From positions 77,394-141,393 of the IMG/VR virus record IMGVR_UViG_3300048694_000674: 64,000 nucleotides of DNA; one strand, 5' to 3'. A program made the translations under genes and the position numbers. This document shows, in pieces, positions 40,429 to 48,379 of the stretch; positions within the stretch are counted from its first letter, which is position 1; each line of letters opens with the position of its first letter. The DNA comes from a virus. Below the pieces are notes generated by a model. The model did no database searches. It had not been told where the DNA came from and worked only from the letters and a program-made list of their open reading frames with translations.

Positions 40429-41364
40429 ATGGATCAAGAATTTCTCTGGGTCGAAAAGTATCGCCCAAAAACTATTGAAGATACAATCCTTCCTGCTGAT
40501 CTAAAGGCGACGTTTCAGCAGTTTGTTGATCAAAAGAATATTCCCAATTTAATTCTATCTGGCTCAGCTGGTGTTGGTAAAACGACAGTGGCAAGAGCTA
40601 TGCTTGAACAATTAGAATGTGATTACATTATCATTAACGGATCTATGAATGGAAATATTGACACTCTCAGGAATGAAATCCTGTCCTTCGCTTCCACGGT
40701 ATCTTTCACTGGCGGCAGGAAGTACGTTATCCTCGATGAGGCTGATTATCTCAACGCGAATTCCACACAGCCAGCTTTACGAAATTTCATGGAAGAATTC
40801 AGCCGAAACTGTGGCTTTATACTCACATGTAATTTCAAAAACAGAATCATCGAACCCCTCCACTCCAGATGTTCTGTCATCGATTTTAGGATACCCAAAT
40901 CAGCTAGTGCTAAACTTGCTTCCCAATTCTTCAAACGAGTGCAAAAGATACTCAGTGGAGAACTTGTGGACTACGATCCCGCAGTCGTAGCAGAAGTTGT
41001 ACAAAAGTATTTCCCAGATTGGCGTCGTGTTCTTAATGAGCTGCAGCGTTATTCAGCAACTGGTAAAATTGATTCTGGCATTCTTGCTAACCTTCAGGAA
41101 ATTTCTCTCAAGGAACTGATCAATCTTATTAAGGACAAGAACTTCACAGAAGTCCGTAAGTGGGTTGCCGAGAACGGTTCTGATAACAACACAATCTATC
41201 GTAAGCTCTATGATACCTGTGCTGACTATTTCACACCGAGATATATTCCTCAGTTGATTCTTACCATTTCGCAGTACCAATATCAGTCTGCATTTTCCGC
41301 AGATCAGGAGATCAATCTCTCAGCCTGTCTAGCTGATATTATGACAAACTGCGAGTTCAAGTAA
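40429..41364 (+). CDS. gp44: Clamp loader large subunit gp44
   Basis: LWVEKYRP, GSAGVGKTT, ILDEAD, PLHSRC, PDWRR. Confidence 0.96.
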   Translation: MDQEFLWVEKYRPKTIEDTILPADLKATFQQFVDQKNIPNLILSGSAGVGKTTVARAMLEQLECDYIIINGSMNGNIDTLRNEILSFASTVSFTGGRKYVILDEADYLNANSTQPALRNFMEEFSRNCGFILTCNFKNRIIEPLHSRCSVIDFRIPKSASAKLASQFFKRVQKILSGELVDYDPAVVAEVVQKYFPDWRRVLNELQRYSATGKIDSGILANLQEISLKELINLIKDKNFTEVRKWVAENGSDNNTIYRKLYDTCADYFTPRYIPQLILTISQYQYQSAFSADQEINLSACLADIMTNCEFK

Positions 41365-41735
41365 TGAACCCGTTTGATTTTGTTAATGCAATCAATTCAA
41401 ACAAAAAGGATCTGATCGTCGATGAAGCCACAGAAAAGGCATATGTTCCGTTTGTTGTAAACAGAGCTTTATCCTATTTCACAGAAACTTTAACAGACGC
41501 CCAGATCATGACTATGTCAAGCCATCTGGACAAAAAACTTCAATTTCATTATCTTCTAAATAGTGTACGTCGCGCAAAGAGATACTCTAAGTGGGGCAAA
41601 AAGAAAGAAGATAAAGATCTAGAATTGGTCCAAGAGTATTATCAATGTAATCATCAGCGAGCCAAAGAAGCCCTTTCTATTCTTTCTAAAAAGCAGTTGA
41701 ATATTATAAAAGAAAAATTAGAAAAAGGTGGATGA
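41364..41735 (+). CDS. gp62: Clamp loader small subunit gp62
   Basis: PFDFVNAIN, YVPFVVNRALS. Confidence 0.9.
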   Translation: MNPFDFVNAINSNKKDLIVDEATEKAYVPFVVNRALSYFTETLTDAQIMTMSSHLDKKLQFHYLLNSVRRAKRYSKWGKKKEDKDLELVQEYYQCNHQRAKEALSILSKKQLNIIKEKLEKGG

Positions 41736-41736
41736 T

Positions 41737-42135
41737 ATGGTGTCTATAGACTCGCTTATTGAAGTGAAAATTGCAGAGGAAGAAGACTTTCTAAAGATCA
41801 AAGAAACACTGACTCGTATTGGTGTAGCATCTCGTAAAGACAACAAACTTTATCAATCATGTCATATTCTCCATAAGCAGGGGAAATATTACATTGTTCA
41901 TTTCAAGGAATTATTTGCTCTTGATGGTAAGCCATCTGACTTTACCGAAGAAGATAAAGGTCGCCGTAACACGATCGTTCAGCTTCTTCAAGAATGGGGT
42001 CTGATAAAGGTTGTTGAAGCTGATTCAATCAAGGAACCAAAAGCTCCAATGAGTCAGGTAAAGATTATTCCTCATAAAGATAAAGCAAACTGGACACTCG
42101 AAGCAAAATATAATATTGGTCGTAAAAAGAAATAA
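41737..42135 (+). CDS. regA: Translational repressor RegA
   Basis: DFLKIKETLTRIG, LYQSCHILHKQG.YYIVHFKELF.LDG. Confidence 0.96.
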   Translation: MVSIDSLIEVKIAEEEDFLKIKETLTRIGVASRKDNKLYQSCHILHKQGKYYIVHFKELFALDGKPSDFTEEDKGRRNTIVQLLQEWGLIKVVEADSIKEPKAPMSQVKIIPHKDKANWTLEAKYNIGRKKK

Positions 42136-42150
42136 CAGCGGAGTTATTTT

Positions 42151-42510
42151 ATGTTATTTGGTATGTTTAAAGTGAAAAAAGAAGCGAAAACAGATTCGGA
42201 GAAAAAGCTAGAGAAGCTATCAAATATTCTGTTTCCTCCATTTGAAAAACAAACGCTGAAGAATGGCGACAAGATTCTAATTGATTATTCGATAGACTCG
42301 AATCTAGATGCTGCTCTGTCAGATCTAGAAGATGGTAATAATGACCCAGCTTCCAGAAAAACAATCAAACTGTGCGTCGATAGATTGATCGAAGCAAGAA
42401 AAATTCTTGAAACTTATGGTGAGTTTGATAAAGATGTCAAGTATATTGTAGTTGATGACTTGAGCAGAAAAGAGGATTCGATCGATGAAAAAGTACAGGC
42501 AAAAGATTGA
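42151..42510 (+). CDS. Hypothetical protein
   Basis: ORF with GGAG RBS. Confidence 0.6.
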   Translation: MLFGMFKVKKEAKTDSEKKLEKLSNILFPPFEKQTLKNGDKILIDYSIDSNLDAALSDLEDGNNDPASRKTIKLCVDRLIEARKILETYGEFDKDVKYIVVDDLSRKEDSIDEKVQAKD

Positions 42511-42700
42511 GAACATAGACAAGTTCATCGAATCTCTTGAAGAGATGATTGATGCTCGTGATGATATGTGGGAAGAGGAAAAGTACTCAAACCATAGGCA
42601 AATGTGGAAGATCAAAGAAGAGCGATACCTTCCTGCCAAGGCAAAGCTTCGGGAAGCGCTCCATGACTTTATTGCTGAGGTAATCGAAGAAGATGTCTAA
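42485..42700 (+). CDS. Hypothetical protein
   Basis: Coupled helical ORF. Confidence 0.55.
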   Translation: MKKYRQKIENIDKFIESLEEMIDARDDMWEEEKYSNHRQMWKIKEERYLPAKAKLREALHDFIAEVIEEDV

Positions 42701-42759
42701 GTTATTGATTTTATTATAGAAAAAAAGTGCTTTACTTATTTCCAAATTTGGCGTATACT
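42698..42759 (+). promoter_or_regulatory. Early promoter with upstream IHF-consensus site
   Basis: TAAGTTATTGATT (rc AATCAA-TAAC-TTA), A-tract, TTTACT-N17-TATACT. Confidence 0.7.
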
Positions 42760-42785
42760 GAGAAAGTCAATAAAGGAGACGGATT

Positions 42786-42959
42786 ATGGTTTTAAGGGAA
42801 ATTTACGCTGACTTTCAAAAAATTACCAATATTCAAGAAAAAATTGACTTTCTCAAGGTTTTACAGTCGCTTAACCTCAGTTATGATATAAATTATAATA
42901 ATCTTATAGAAGCTTGGACTGAACGATTGCCCAAAAGTGACGACCAAGCCTCAGAATAA
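42786..42959 (+). CDS. Small early protein (57 aa, not in ORF track)
   Basis: AAGGAG RBS, ATG..TAA open frame after promoter. Confidence 0.55.
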   Translation: MVLREIYADFQKITNIQEKIDFLKVLQSLNLSYDINYNNLIEAWTERLPKSDDQASE

Positions 42960-42968
42960 GCTTAACCA

Positions 42969-43078
42969 TTAGCCCCAGATCTCGTATTTGGGGCTAAGTT
43001 ATTGATTTTATTATAGAAAAAAAAAGTTGAAAAAAAGCGAAAAAAGTGCTTTACTTATATCCAAATCGGCGGTAGAAT
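42969..43078 (+). promoter_or_regulatory. Stem-loop plus IHF site plus early promoter cassette
   Basis: TTAGCCCCAGAT/ATTTGGGGCTAA hairpin, TAAGTTATTGATT, A-tracts, TTTACT-N17-TAGAAT. Confidence 0.7.
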
Positions 43079-43106
43079 GTATTATAGGTTGATGAAGGAG
43101 TTCTAA

Positions 43107-43214
43107 ATGTCTACCTCTGATATGCTTTATGTGTTCGGTCCTATGATTGGTTTGGTGATTGGAATGATCGTTACTTTCGGTGTCGTTCACTATAATGACG
43201 TTCGTGGTCGTTGA
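43107..43214 (+). CDS. Small membrane peptide (35 aa)
   Basis: AAGGAG RBS; single hydrophobic segment. Confidence 0.5.
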   Translation: MSTSDMLYVFGPMIGLVIGMIVTFGVVHYNDVRGR

Positions 43215-43225
43215 GGAGTTCTAAT

Positions 43226-43579
43226 ATGAGCAATGGTATCGAGCTGTTACTTTCTGATAATCGTGGCATTTATATCCCGCAGCATTGGGCAATGTATTGC
43301 CAAGATATGGATGGTGTTTCTGCTGAGGATATGGAAATCCTCAAAGCTGGTCCCGATCATGAGTGGTACTGGGAAGCTTGGGATGCTGTTCTCTCCAATG
43401 CTTCCGCTACGCATAACGGCAAAGTCTGGCGCTTGTGGCAGGATGGCGATTTGTTTGCTTACTGCGAAGAGCTGATGACCGATGAGGAATACAAAGGATT
43501 CTTCGGCGAAAATCGGGATGGCGCTTTTCAGCCCGAAGCTGATATCTACGGTGATAATGTTCTAGAAGAGGAGATCTGA
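43226..43579 (+). CDS. Hypothetical early protein
   Basis: GAGGAG RBS; GPDHEWYWEAW. Confidence 0.6.
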   Translation: MSNGIELLLSDNRGIYIPQHWAMYCQDMDGVSAEDMEILKAGPDHEWYWEAWDAVLSNASATHNGKVWRLWQDGDLFAYCEELMTDEEYKGFFGENRDGAFQPEADIYGDNVLEEEI

Positions 43580-43580
43580 T

Positions 43581-43742
43581 ATGATGTTTAAGAAATTCGC
43601 TCTTGTTGCTTTGGTTGGTGGTATCGTCGGCGGAACACTGTCCGTAATCCTGCCAGCATCACCGATATCGGCTTTAGCTATCTTCGGTATTTGTTTCGCG
43701 ATTGGTTGGTTCTTCAACGATTTTCTAGATAAAATCGCTTGA
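43581..43742 (+). CDS. Small two-TM membrane protein (53 aa)
   Basis: GAGGAG RBS, hydrophobic open frame. Confidence 0.5.
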   Translation: MMFKKFALVALVGGIVGGTLSVILPASPISALAIFGICFAIGWFFNDFLDKIA

Positions 43743-43767
43743 CTAATATCCAAAACTGCGGTATACT
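43739..43767 (+). promoter_or_regulatory. Early promoter
   Basis: TTGACT-N17-TATACT with GCGG before -10; near-identical downstream sequence to the 52513 copy. Confidence 0.7.
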
Positions 43768-43792
43768 TAGTATATGATGAGGAGATGGTGGT

Positions 43793-44080
43793 ATGAGATT
43801 CGACGATTACGCTTTTGAGCAATGCGCTCGTGCTGTTTATATCATGAACGATTCTGCACGGGAACTCTATGATTCATGGGAAGAACTACGTTCGTTCATG
43901 GAATCTATGGCTTATCAATATGGCGGAAACGCTGGGTGCACTCATTTCGAAACTGGTGGTTTCTGTCTTTCGTTCTCGCGTTCATCGGTTGATCGCGAAG
44001 ATTGGTTTGTAACTGCATCTATTGAGCCATATACAGCTTTGCGATATATTAAATCAATGCAGATTATGCAGCGCATGTAA
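43793..44080 (+). CDS. Early protein whose 3' end is interrupted by the 448-bp insertion
   Basis: Removing 44056-44503 restores ...YIKSVTNVSLEYA* ending in TAATG overlap with next gene. Confidence 0.65.
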   Translation: MRFDDYAFEQCARAVYIMNDSARELYDSWEELRSFMESMAYQYGGNAGCTHFETGGFCLSFSRSSVDREDWFVTASIEPYTALRYIKSMQIMQRM

Positions 44081-44503
44081 AAACAAATCGCATGCAAACT
44101 AATAGAACCAACTGTTGATGGCTCCATTGGTAAAGATCCTGGCGTTGATTACGATCCAAAAGCTGGCGACGAACAAGACTTTGTTGCCAAACATTCCGTA
44201 CAGAAATGGGATGACCCAAATGGTAATGGACCAGATGTGTTTCAAGGCACAAATATAAAGTACTCGTTGGATAAAGAAGCTCATCATGGCTATAAGAAGC
44301 CAGAAGATAAGAGAGTCAACGAATCAAAAAAAGATGAGGAGACCAAGTGTAATATGTCAGAAGCTGGTTCTTGGTGTCCAATGCACGAAATGGCTGACTG
44401 CTCAAAGATGACCAAGATTAACGAGATTTCAAAATCAACTCTTGGTTCATACATCAAAAAGTCTTCGCAGGATTTGAAAAATATTGAAGCTGGTCGCGAA
44501 AAG
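44056..44503 (+). repeat. Circularly permuted, diverged copy of head-gene segment 22250-22671
   Basis: 44056-44111 matches 22616-22671; 44111-44503 matches 22250-22615 apart from a replaced internal block. Confidence 0.9.
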
Positions 44504-44533
44504 GGTGACAAATGTGAGCTTGGAGTATGCCTA

Positions 44534-44746
44534 ATGACTAGCGAATTCTTTTCCAAGGAAAACACATTGGTCGAGTTGAAGGAAGAACTGTATACTCGTT
44601 TGAGTGATGTGCGTCGAGTTATGGCTTTGAAGTCGGGCGACCAAGAAGATTTCTTGGATGGCTTTTACGAAGGTATCAACTGTCGTGCTGCCAATGAAGA
44701 CTTCTGGCTGTCGATGCTACTGGATAAATTGGAGAAATCAGTATGA
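44534..44746 (+). CDS. Hypothetical protein (true start MTSEFF)
   Basis: GGAG RBS and TAATG overlap; the longer ORF 44237 is a by-product of the insertion. Confidence 0.55.
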   Translation: MTSEFFSKENTLVELKEELYTRLSDVRRVMALKSGDQEDFLDGFYEGINCRAANEDFWLSMLLDKLEKSV

Positions 44747-45108
44747 CTATGCAACTTTGCCCAGCATTTGTCACAACTACAAATTTGCGTAAGCGTAAGT
44801 CAACCATGACTGGCAAACAGAAGCTACAACTTCTTGCCCATCAACAGTGGGTTGACTCCATGAAAAAAGGTATGACAAAAGATAAAAAAGTGCTTGACAA
44901 ATTATGGAAAACCGAGTATACTAATAATATGGTTGTCGATCGATCTGCTATGCAGAAGTCAGGTTTGGTTTCTGGAGCTTGCGCAAAGCCAGAGGAAAAA
45001 GTATATACTGGCACCAAGCTTCTTGGTATCGCTACTATGCATAAGAGTAATATGGTTCCTGTCTTCAAAGCTGAAGATGCTGCCGATATTGCTAGTATGA
45101 GGAGATAA
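44743..45108 (+). CDS. Conserved T4-like hypothetical protein
   Basis: YTG.KLLGIATMHKSN.VPVF motif. Confidence 0.6.
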   Translation: MTMQLCPAFVTTTNLRKRKSTMTGKQKLQLLAHQQWVDSMKKGMTKDKKVLDKLWKTEYTNNMVVDRSAMQKSGLVSGACAKPEEKVYTGTKLLGIATMHKSNMVPVFKAEDAADIASMRR

Positions 45109-45111
45109 GCT

Positions 45112-45291
45112 ATGGGTAATTATTATATTCAAGCACAGGATAAGTCGGGTGTTTGGCGTACATATCATGTAACACCAGCAAGTCCAAATATGCAAAGAGT
45201 TTTGTCAGAAATGCAATCGTTGAAGCGATCATTTCCTGATTATCGAGTTCGTACCATTGATGATAATGGACGAGTGGTAGATATTCTATAA
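45112..45291 (+). CDS. Small hypothetical protein (59 aa)
   Basis: GAGGAG RBS, open frame. Confidence 0.5.
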   Translation: MGNYYIQAQDKSGVWRTYHVTPASPNMQRVLSEMQSLKRSFPDYRVRTIDDNGRVVDIL

Positions 45292-45357
45292 AAGAATATC
45301 AAATTGTGAAATATATCTCATCAAGATGTATAAATAATGTTTAACATGGAGAAACTA

Positions 45358-45618
45358 ATGTCTAAGACTAATCAGGTATTGCAAGCATTTTTGAATGGTG
45401 AAGCTCTTACTGCTTCTCAAATTACAGCTCGTTATGGTATTGCGAATCCTCATGACACTGTTTATAATCTTCGTAACTCTGGATACGCTGTGTATCTGAA
45501 TACTAAGAAGAATTCGAAAGGTGTCAGTGTTTCCAAGTATCGTCTCGGCGCGCCAACTCGTAAGGTTGTAGCAGCTGGGATCGCCGCTCTAGGTGTTCGG
45601 GAAGCTGGTCTCGTCTAA
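45358..45618 (+). CDS. Winged helix-turn-helix protein
   Basis: LTASQITARYGIANP..TVYNLR..GY.VY...YRLG. Confidence 0.65.
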   Translation: MSKTNQVLQAFLNGEALTASQITARYGIANPHDTVYNLRNSGYAVYLNTKKNSKGVSVSKYRLGAPTRKVVAAGIAALGVREAGLV

Positions 45619-45639
45619 AAGATAAGAAATAACTTATCG

Positions 45640-45672
45640 AAGGGGCGGGACTGAAAAGTACCCGCCTTTTTT
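45640..45672 (+). terminator. Intrinsic terminator
   Basis: GGCGGG-ACT..AGT-CCCGCC followed by T run. Confidence 0.65.
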
Positions 45673-45677
45673 AGTGC

Positions 45678-45730
45678 TTTACTTTTTTAGTGAAGTATGG
45701 TAATATAAAGAATATGCTGTTTGACATTGT
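45678..45730 (+). promoter_or_regulatory. tRNA operon promoter followed by boxA-like element
   Basis: TTTACT-N17-TAATAT then TGCTGTTTGACATTGT. Confidence 0.55.
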
Positions 45731-45741
45731 TAGAAACCTTT

Positions 45742-45880
45742 GAGACAACTTCGGTTGTCTCTTCATGGGTGTATCAGAGCGTGGTCTGGCGCAAAGACTG
45801 CTAGGCTTCTCAGTCCGTCTTATTCGCGATACAACGACGGTGGTGACAGAAGTTAGATAGCTGGTACATCCTTGAAGAGA
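45742..45880 (+). ncRNA. Candidate structured ncRNA at head of tRNA operon
   Basis: C(UUCG)G hairpin; ~19-bp closing stem 45758-45777/45861-45880 enclosing two branches. Confidence 0.55.
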
Positions 45881-45886
45881 TAATGA

Positions 45887-45963
45887 TGGCGCATAGCTCA
45901 GTTGATTAGAGCACGCGATTGATAATCGTGAGGTCGATGGTTTGAGTCCATCTGTGCCAACCA
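45887..45963 (+). tRNA. tRNA-Ile(GAT)
   Basis: Cloverleaf, loop TTGATAA, CCA. Confidence 0.9.
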
Positions 45964-45967
45964 ATAC

Positions 45968-46041
45968 TGGGAAATCGTCTAATGGTAGGACTACGGTTTT
46001 TGGGTCCGTCTATCGGGGTTCGAGTCCCTGTTTCCCATCCA
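45968..46041 (+). tRNA. tRNA-Gln(TTG)
   Basis: TGGGAAA/TTTCCCA acceptor, TTCGAGT, CCA. Confidence 0.85.
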
Positions 46042-46049
46042 ATAAGTTT

Positions 46050-46124
46050 CTGCGTGTCGCCTAGCCTGGTGTGGCACTTCGTTTGGGACGAAGAATAACG
46101 GGAGTTCAAATCTCTCCACGCAGA
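46050..46124 (+). tRNA. tRNA-Pro(TGG), CCA not encoded
   Basis: CTTCG-TTTGGGA-CGAAG; followed directly by endonuclease cassette. Confidence 0.88.
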
Positions 46125-46831
46125 CATAAGCGACTCCGATGTATAAATAGTAATGTCAATAAAACTGTTATACATCGGAGTGCAGCTTGTTTTATACGAT
46201 CTATAAAATTACTAACAAAATAAACAATAAATTCTATATTGGGATGCATAAAACCAATAATTTAGATGATGGTTACATGGGTTCTGGTAAGCTTATTAGA
46301 AGAGCCATCTCTAAACATGGAATAGAAAATTTCACTAAAGAAATTCTTCATGTGTTTGATAACGAACAAGATATGAAAAATAAAGAGAAACAGCTTGTTA
46401 TTCTTTCTGAAAACACCTACAATCTTTGTGATGGTGGTAAAGGCGGATTTGGTTACATCAATTCGAATCCAGAAAAGTTTTTAACAGAAAAGAGATTAAA
46501 ATCTCTTTGGACATCAGAAAAAAGAATAAATCGTTGGCGGGAAAAATATAAAAATGATGTAAAATTTAGAAATGATTGTTTAGAAAGATCTAGGCATGCA
46601 TTGAAAAAATATAAAGAAAAATATCCAAAAAGTGCATTTTTTGGGCGAACCCATTCTGAGGAAACAAAAAATAAGATGCGTAAGTCGAAAAATGCTGGTG
46701 AAAAAAATTCACAGTACGGAACTTGTTGGATAACCAATGGTCAAGAAAATAAAAAGATCAAAAAAGAAGAACTTGACAAATTTATCGAATTAGGTTATTA
46801 TAAAGGTAGAATAATTAAATTACAAGAATGA
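46125..46831 (+). mobile_element. SegB-like GIY-YIG endonuclease cassette 1 (CDS 46187-46831, TTG start)
   Basis: YTIYKITN..N.KFYIG.H.T...DGYMGSG; RBS-sequestering hairpin containing TATAAATA. Confidence 0.88.
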
Positions 46832-47000
46832 ACCGTAGGAATGACAGTCTGACTGTCTGATAGTCGGGTAATACAAGCAGAGTGGTTTCTGTGAGTACCG
46901 AGTCGCCTATGCCTCTTGTCGTTGCACTAACCAGCAACGATCGTGTGAGAGAGGGCGCTGTCGCCGAGCAGCAGGAGAGCGTAGGATATACGCATCGGCA
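46830..47000 (+). ncRNA. Candidate structured ncRNA
   Basis: GC-richer non-coding stretch with nested stems (TCGTTGC/GCAACGA in CCTCT/AGAGG; GCGTA/TACGC in GCCGA/TCGGC). Confidence 0.45.
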
Positions 47001-47007
47001 ATAATTT

Positions 47008-47091
47008 GGAGGTATGCGAGCAAGGTGCTCAAACGGTCTTGAAAACCGTGCCACCGCAAGGTTGATGGTTCGATTCCTTGTACCTCCGCCA
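47008..47091 (+). tRNA. tRNA-Ser(TGA)
   Basis: ACGGT-CTTGAAA-ACCGT, long variable arm, GCCA. Confidence 0.88.
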
Positions 47092-47094
47092 AAT

Positions 47095-47168
47095 ATCAGT
47101 GTCGTATAATGGTAGTACAACTGTCTCCAAAACCGTTAGTGTGGGTTCGATTCCTACCACTGGTGCCA
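47095..47168 (+). tRNA. tRNA-Trp(CCA)
   Basis: Loop CTCCAAA, TTCGATT, GCCA. Confidence 0.85.
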
Positions 47169-47209
47169 TCAATAAATATTACAAATACAACTCTATCGGA
47201 GTAAATCAA

Positions 47210-47572
47210 ATGAAAGCATTGGTAGTAGCAAGTATCGTAGCACTTTCATTAGCTGGTTGCGCAAGTACATCTGGTCCAAACCAAACAATTGGAACTGGTG
47301 TTGGTGCAGTTGGTGGATATGGTGTTGCAAGAGCATTAGGAGCAGGACCAGCTGGATCTGCATTAGGAGCTGTTGCTGGTGCTTTGATTGGTAATGAAGT
47401 TGGTAGAAGTATTGATGCTCCGAGACCACAGGTCATCGTTCAAGAGCCGAGATATATTGTACAACAACCAAGATATATTGCTCCTCCACCGCCTCGTCGT
47501 ATCAGCTGTTATAGCGTATGGGACAATTACCATGGTCGTTATGTAGAGCGCAGAGTTTGTAATAGATATTAA
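47210..47572 (+). CDS. Glycine-zipper lipoprotein (17-kDa surface antigen-like)
   Basis: Lipobox LAGC; GTGVGAVGG..GAVAGALIG zipper; AATAAATA upstream. Confidence 0.8.
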   Translation: MKALVVASIVALSLAGCASTSGPNQTIGTGVGAVGGYGVARALGAGPAGSALGAVAGALIGNEVGRSIDAPRPQVIVQEPRYIVQQPRYIAPPPPRRISCYSVWDNYHGRYVERRVCNRY

Positions 47573-47580
47573 AAGATTAT

Positions 47581-47659
47581 TCCCAGGAATCCGAGCATGG
47601 TGCATGGACTTGCCTGTTAAGCAATGATTAGGTGGGATCGTTACCCACACTGGGAGCCA
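47581..47659 (+). tRNA. tRNA-Asn(GTT)
   Basis: Loop CTGTTAA, GCCA; atypical T-loop. Confidence 0.8.
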
Positions 47660-47756
47660 AGCTCATAGGGCATAAAGACGTTATGTCGAGTAATCGCAAT
47701 TTGCGGCTAAATGATAACCAAATTGTCACCTTGTGTGGCTCCCTATCGAAATCAAT

Positions 47757-47832
47757 GCGAGATTAGCTCAGCTGGGAGAGCGTCTGTTTTACACGCAGAA
47801 TGTCGGCAGTTCGATCCTGTCATCTCGCACCA
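47757..47832 (+). tRNA. tRNA-Val(TAC)
   Basis: Loop TTTACAC, ACCA. Confidence 0.9.
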
Positions 47833-47889
47833 TTTGTTTTTAAACGACTAACATTAGATCCTATTCTTATCCGTTTTATATCATTCTTT

Positions 47890-47966
47890 GGTCTGTTAGT
47901 TCAGTTGGTCAGAACACTCGCCTGTCACGCGAGAGGTCATGGATTCGAGTTCCATACAGATCGCCA
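47890..47966 (+). tRNA. tRNA-Asp(GTC)
   Basis: CTCGC-CTGTCAC-GCGAG, GCCA. Confidence 0.9.
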
Positions 47967-47985
47967 CTTTATGATGGAGTATATA

Positions 47986-48306
47986 ATGAATTCGCACGTG
48001 AGTTATGAATACAATATGATGACACTTGTAGCCAATGCTTGGATCAATGGTGGTAATCTTAATGATCCTATCGTTGTCAATAATATGTGTGGTATGGTAT
48101 TATATACAACAGCAAGTAAGATCATTTTATATTTGTATGCAAATGAAGGTTTAGTGATTCCAGATGATATTCTAGAAATCTTAAATAAGGTTGTGCTTCA
48201 GATTACAACTCTTGTTCCAGAACTTCGTACAGAAGTCCAAGAAGAAAAGTTACAACCAAAAGATTTTTTGAAGTTACAAAAATTTATCGATGATAATATA
48301 AGTTAA
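47986..48306 (+). CDS. Hypothetical protein (true start MNSHV)
   Basis: GGAG RBS; longer predicted ORF runs through tRNAs. Confidence 0.55.
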   Translation: MNSHVSYEYNMMTLVANAWINGGNLNDPIVVNNMCGMVLYTTASKIILYLYANEGLVIPDDILEILNKVVLQITTLVPELRTEVQEEKLQPKDFLKLQKFIDDNIS

Positions 48307-48307
48307 T

Positions 48308-48379
48308 GTTGCTTGGGTGGGACGGTAACGCGCAGGTCTGCAAAACCTTGAGAATCCAGTTCAACTCTGGAAAGCAACT
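48308..48379 (+). tRNA. tRNA-Cys(GCA), CCA not encoded
   Basis: Loop CTGCAAA, U73; followed directly by endonuclease cassette. Confidence 0.8.

Noticed and set aside
44056-44503. Diversity-generating retroelement template/variable repeat pair with 22250-22671
   Set aside because: Mismatches are not adenine-specific, are mostly synonymous, and no reverse transcriptase is present in the window
44237-44746. 169-aa ORF as a genuine gene
   Set aside because: Chance fusion of the inserted fragment to the gene starting at 44534; no RBS at 44237
45742-47000. tmRNA, RNase P RNA, SRP RNA or hammerhead identity for the structured segments
   Set aside because: Hallmarks absent (GAGGAAAGTCC, tmRNA acceptor ends, SRP loop motif, CTGATGA..GAAA core)
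47660-47760. HDV-like (theta) ribozyme downstream of a tRNA
   Set aside because: A GCTAA after a short stem is suggestive, but P1, P3 and the L3 pseudoknot could not be built
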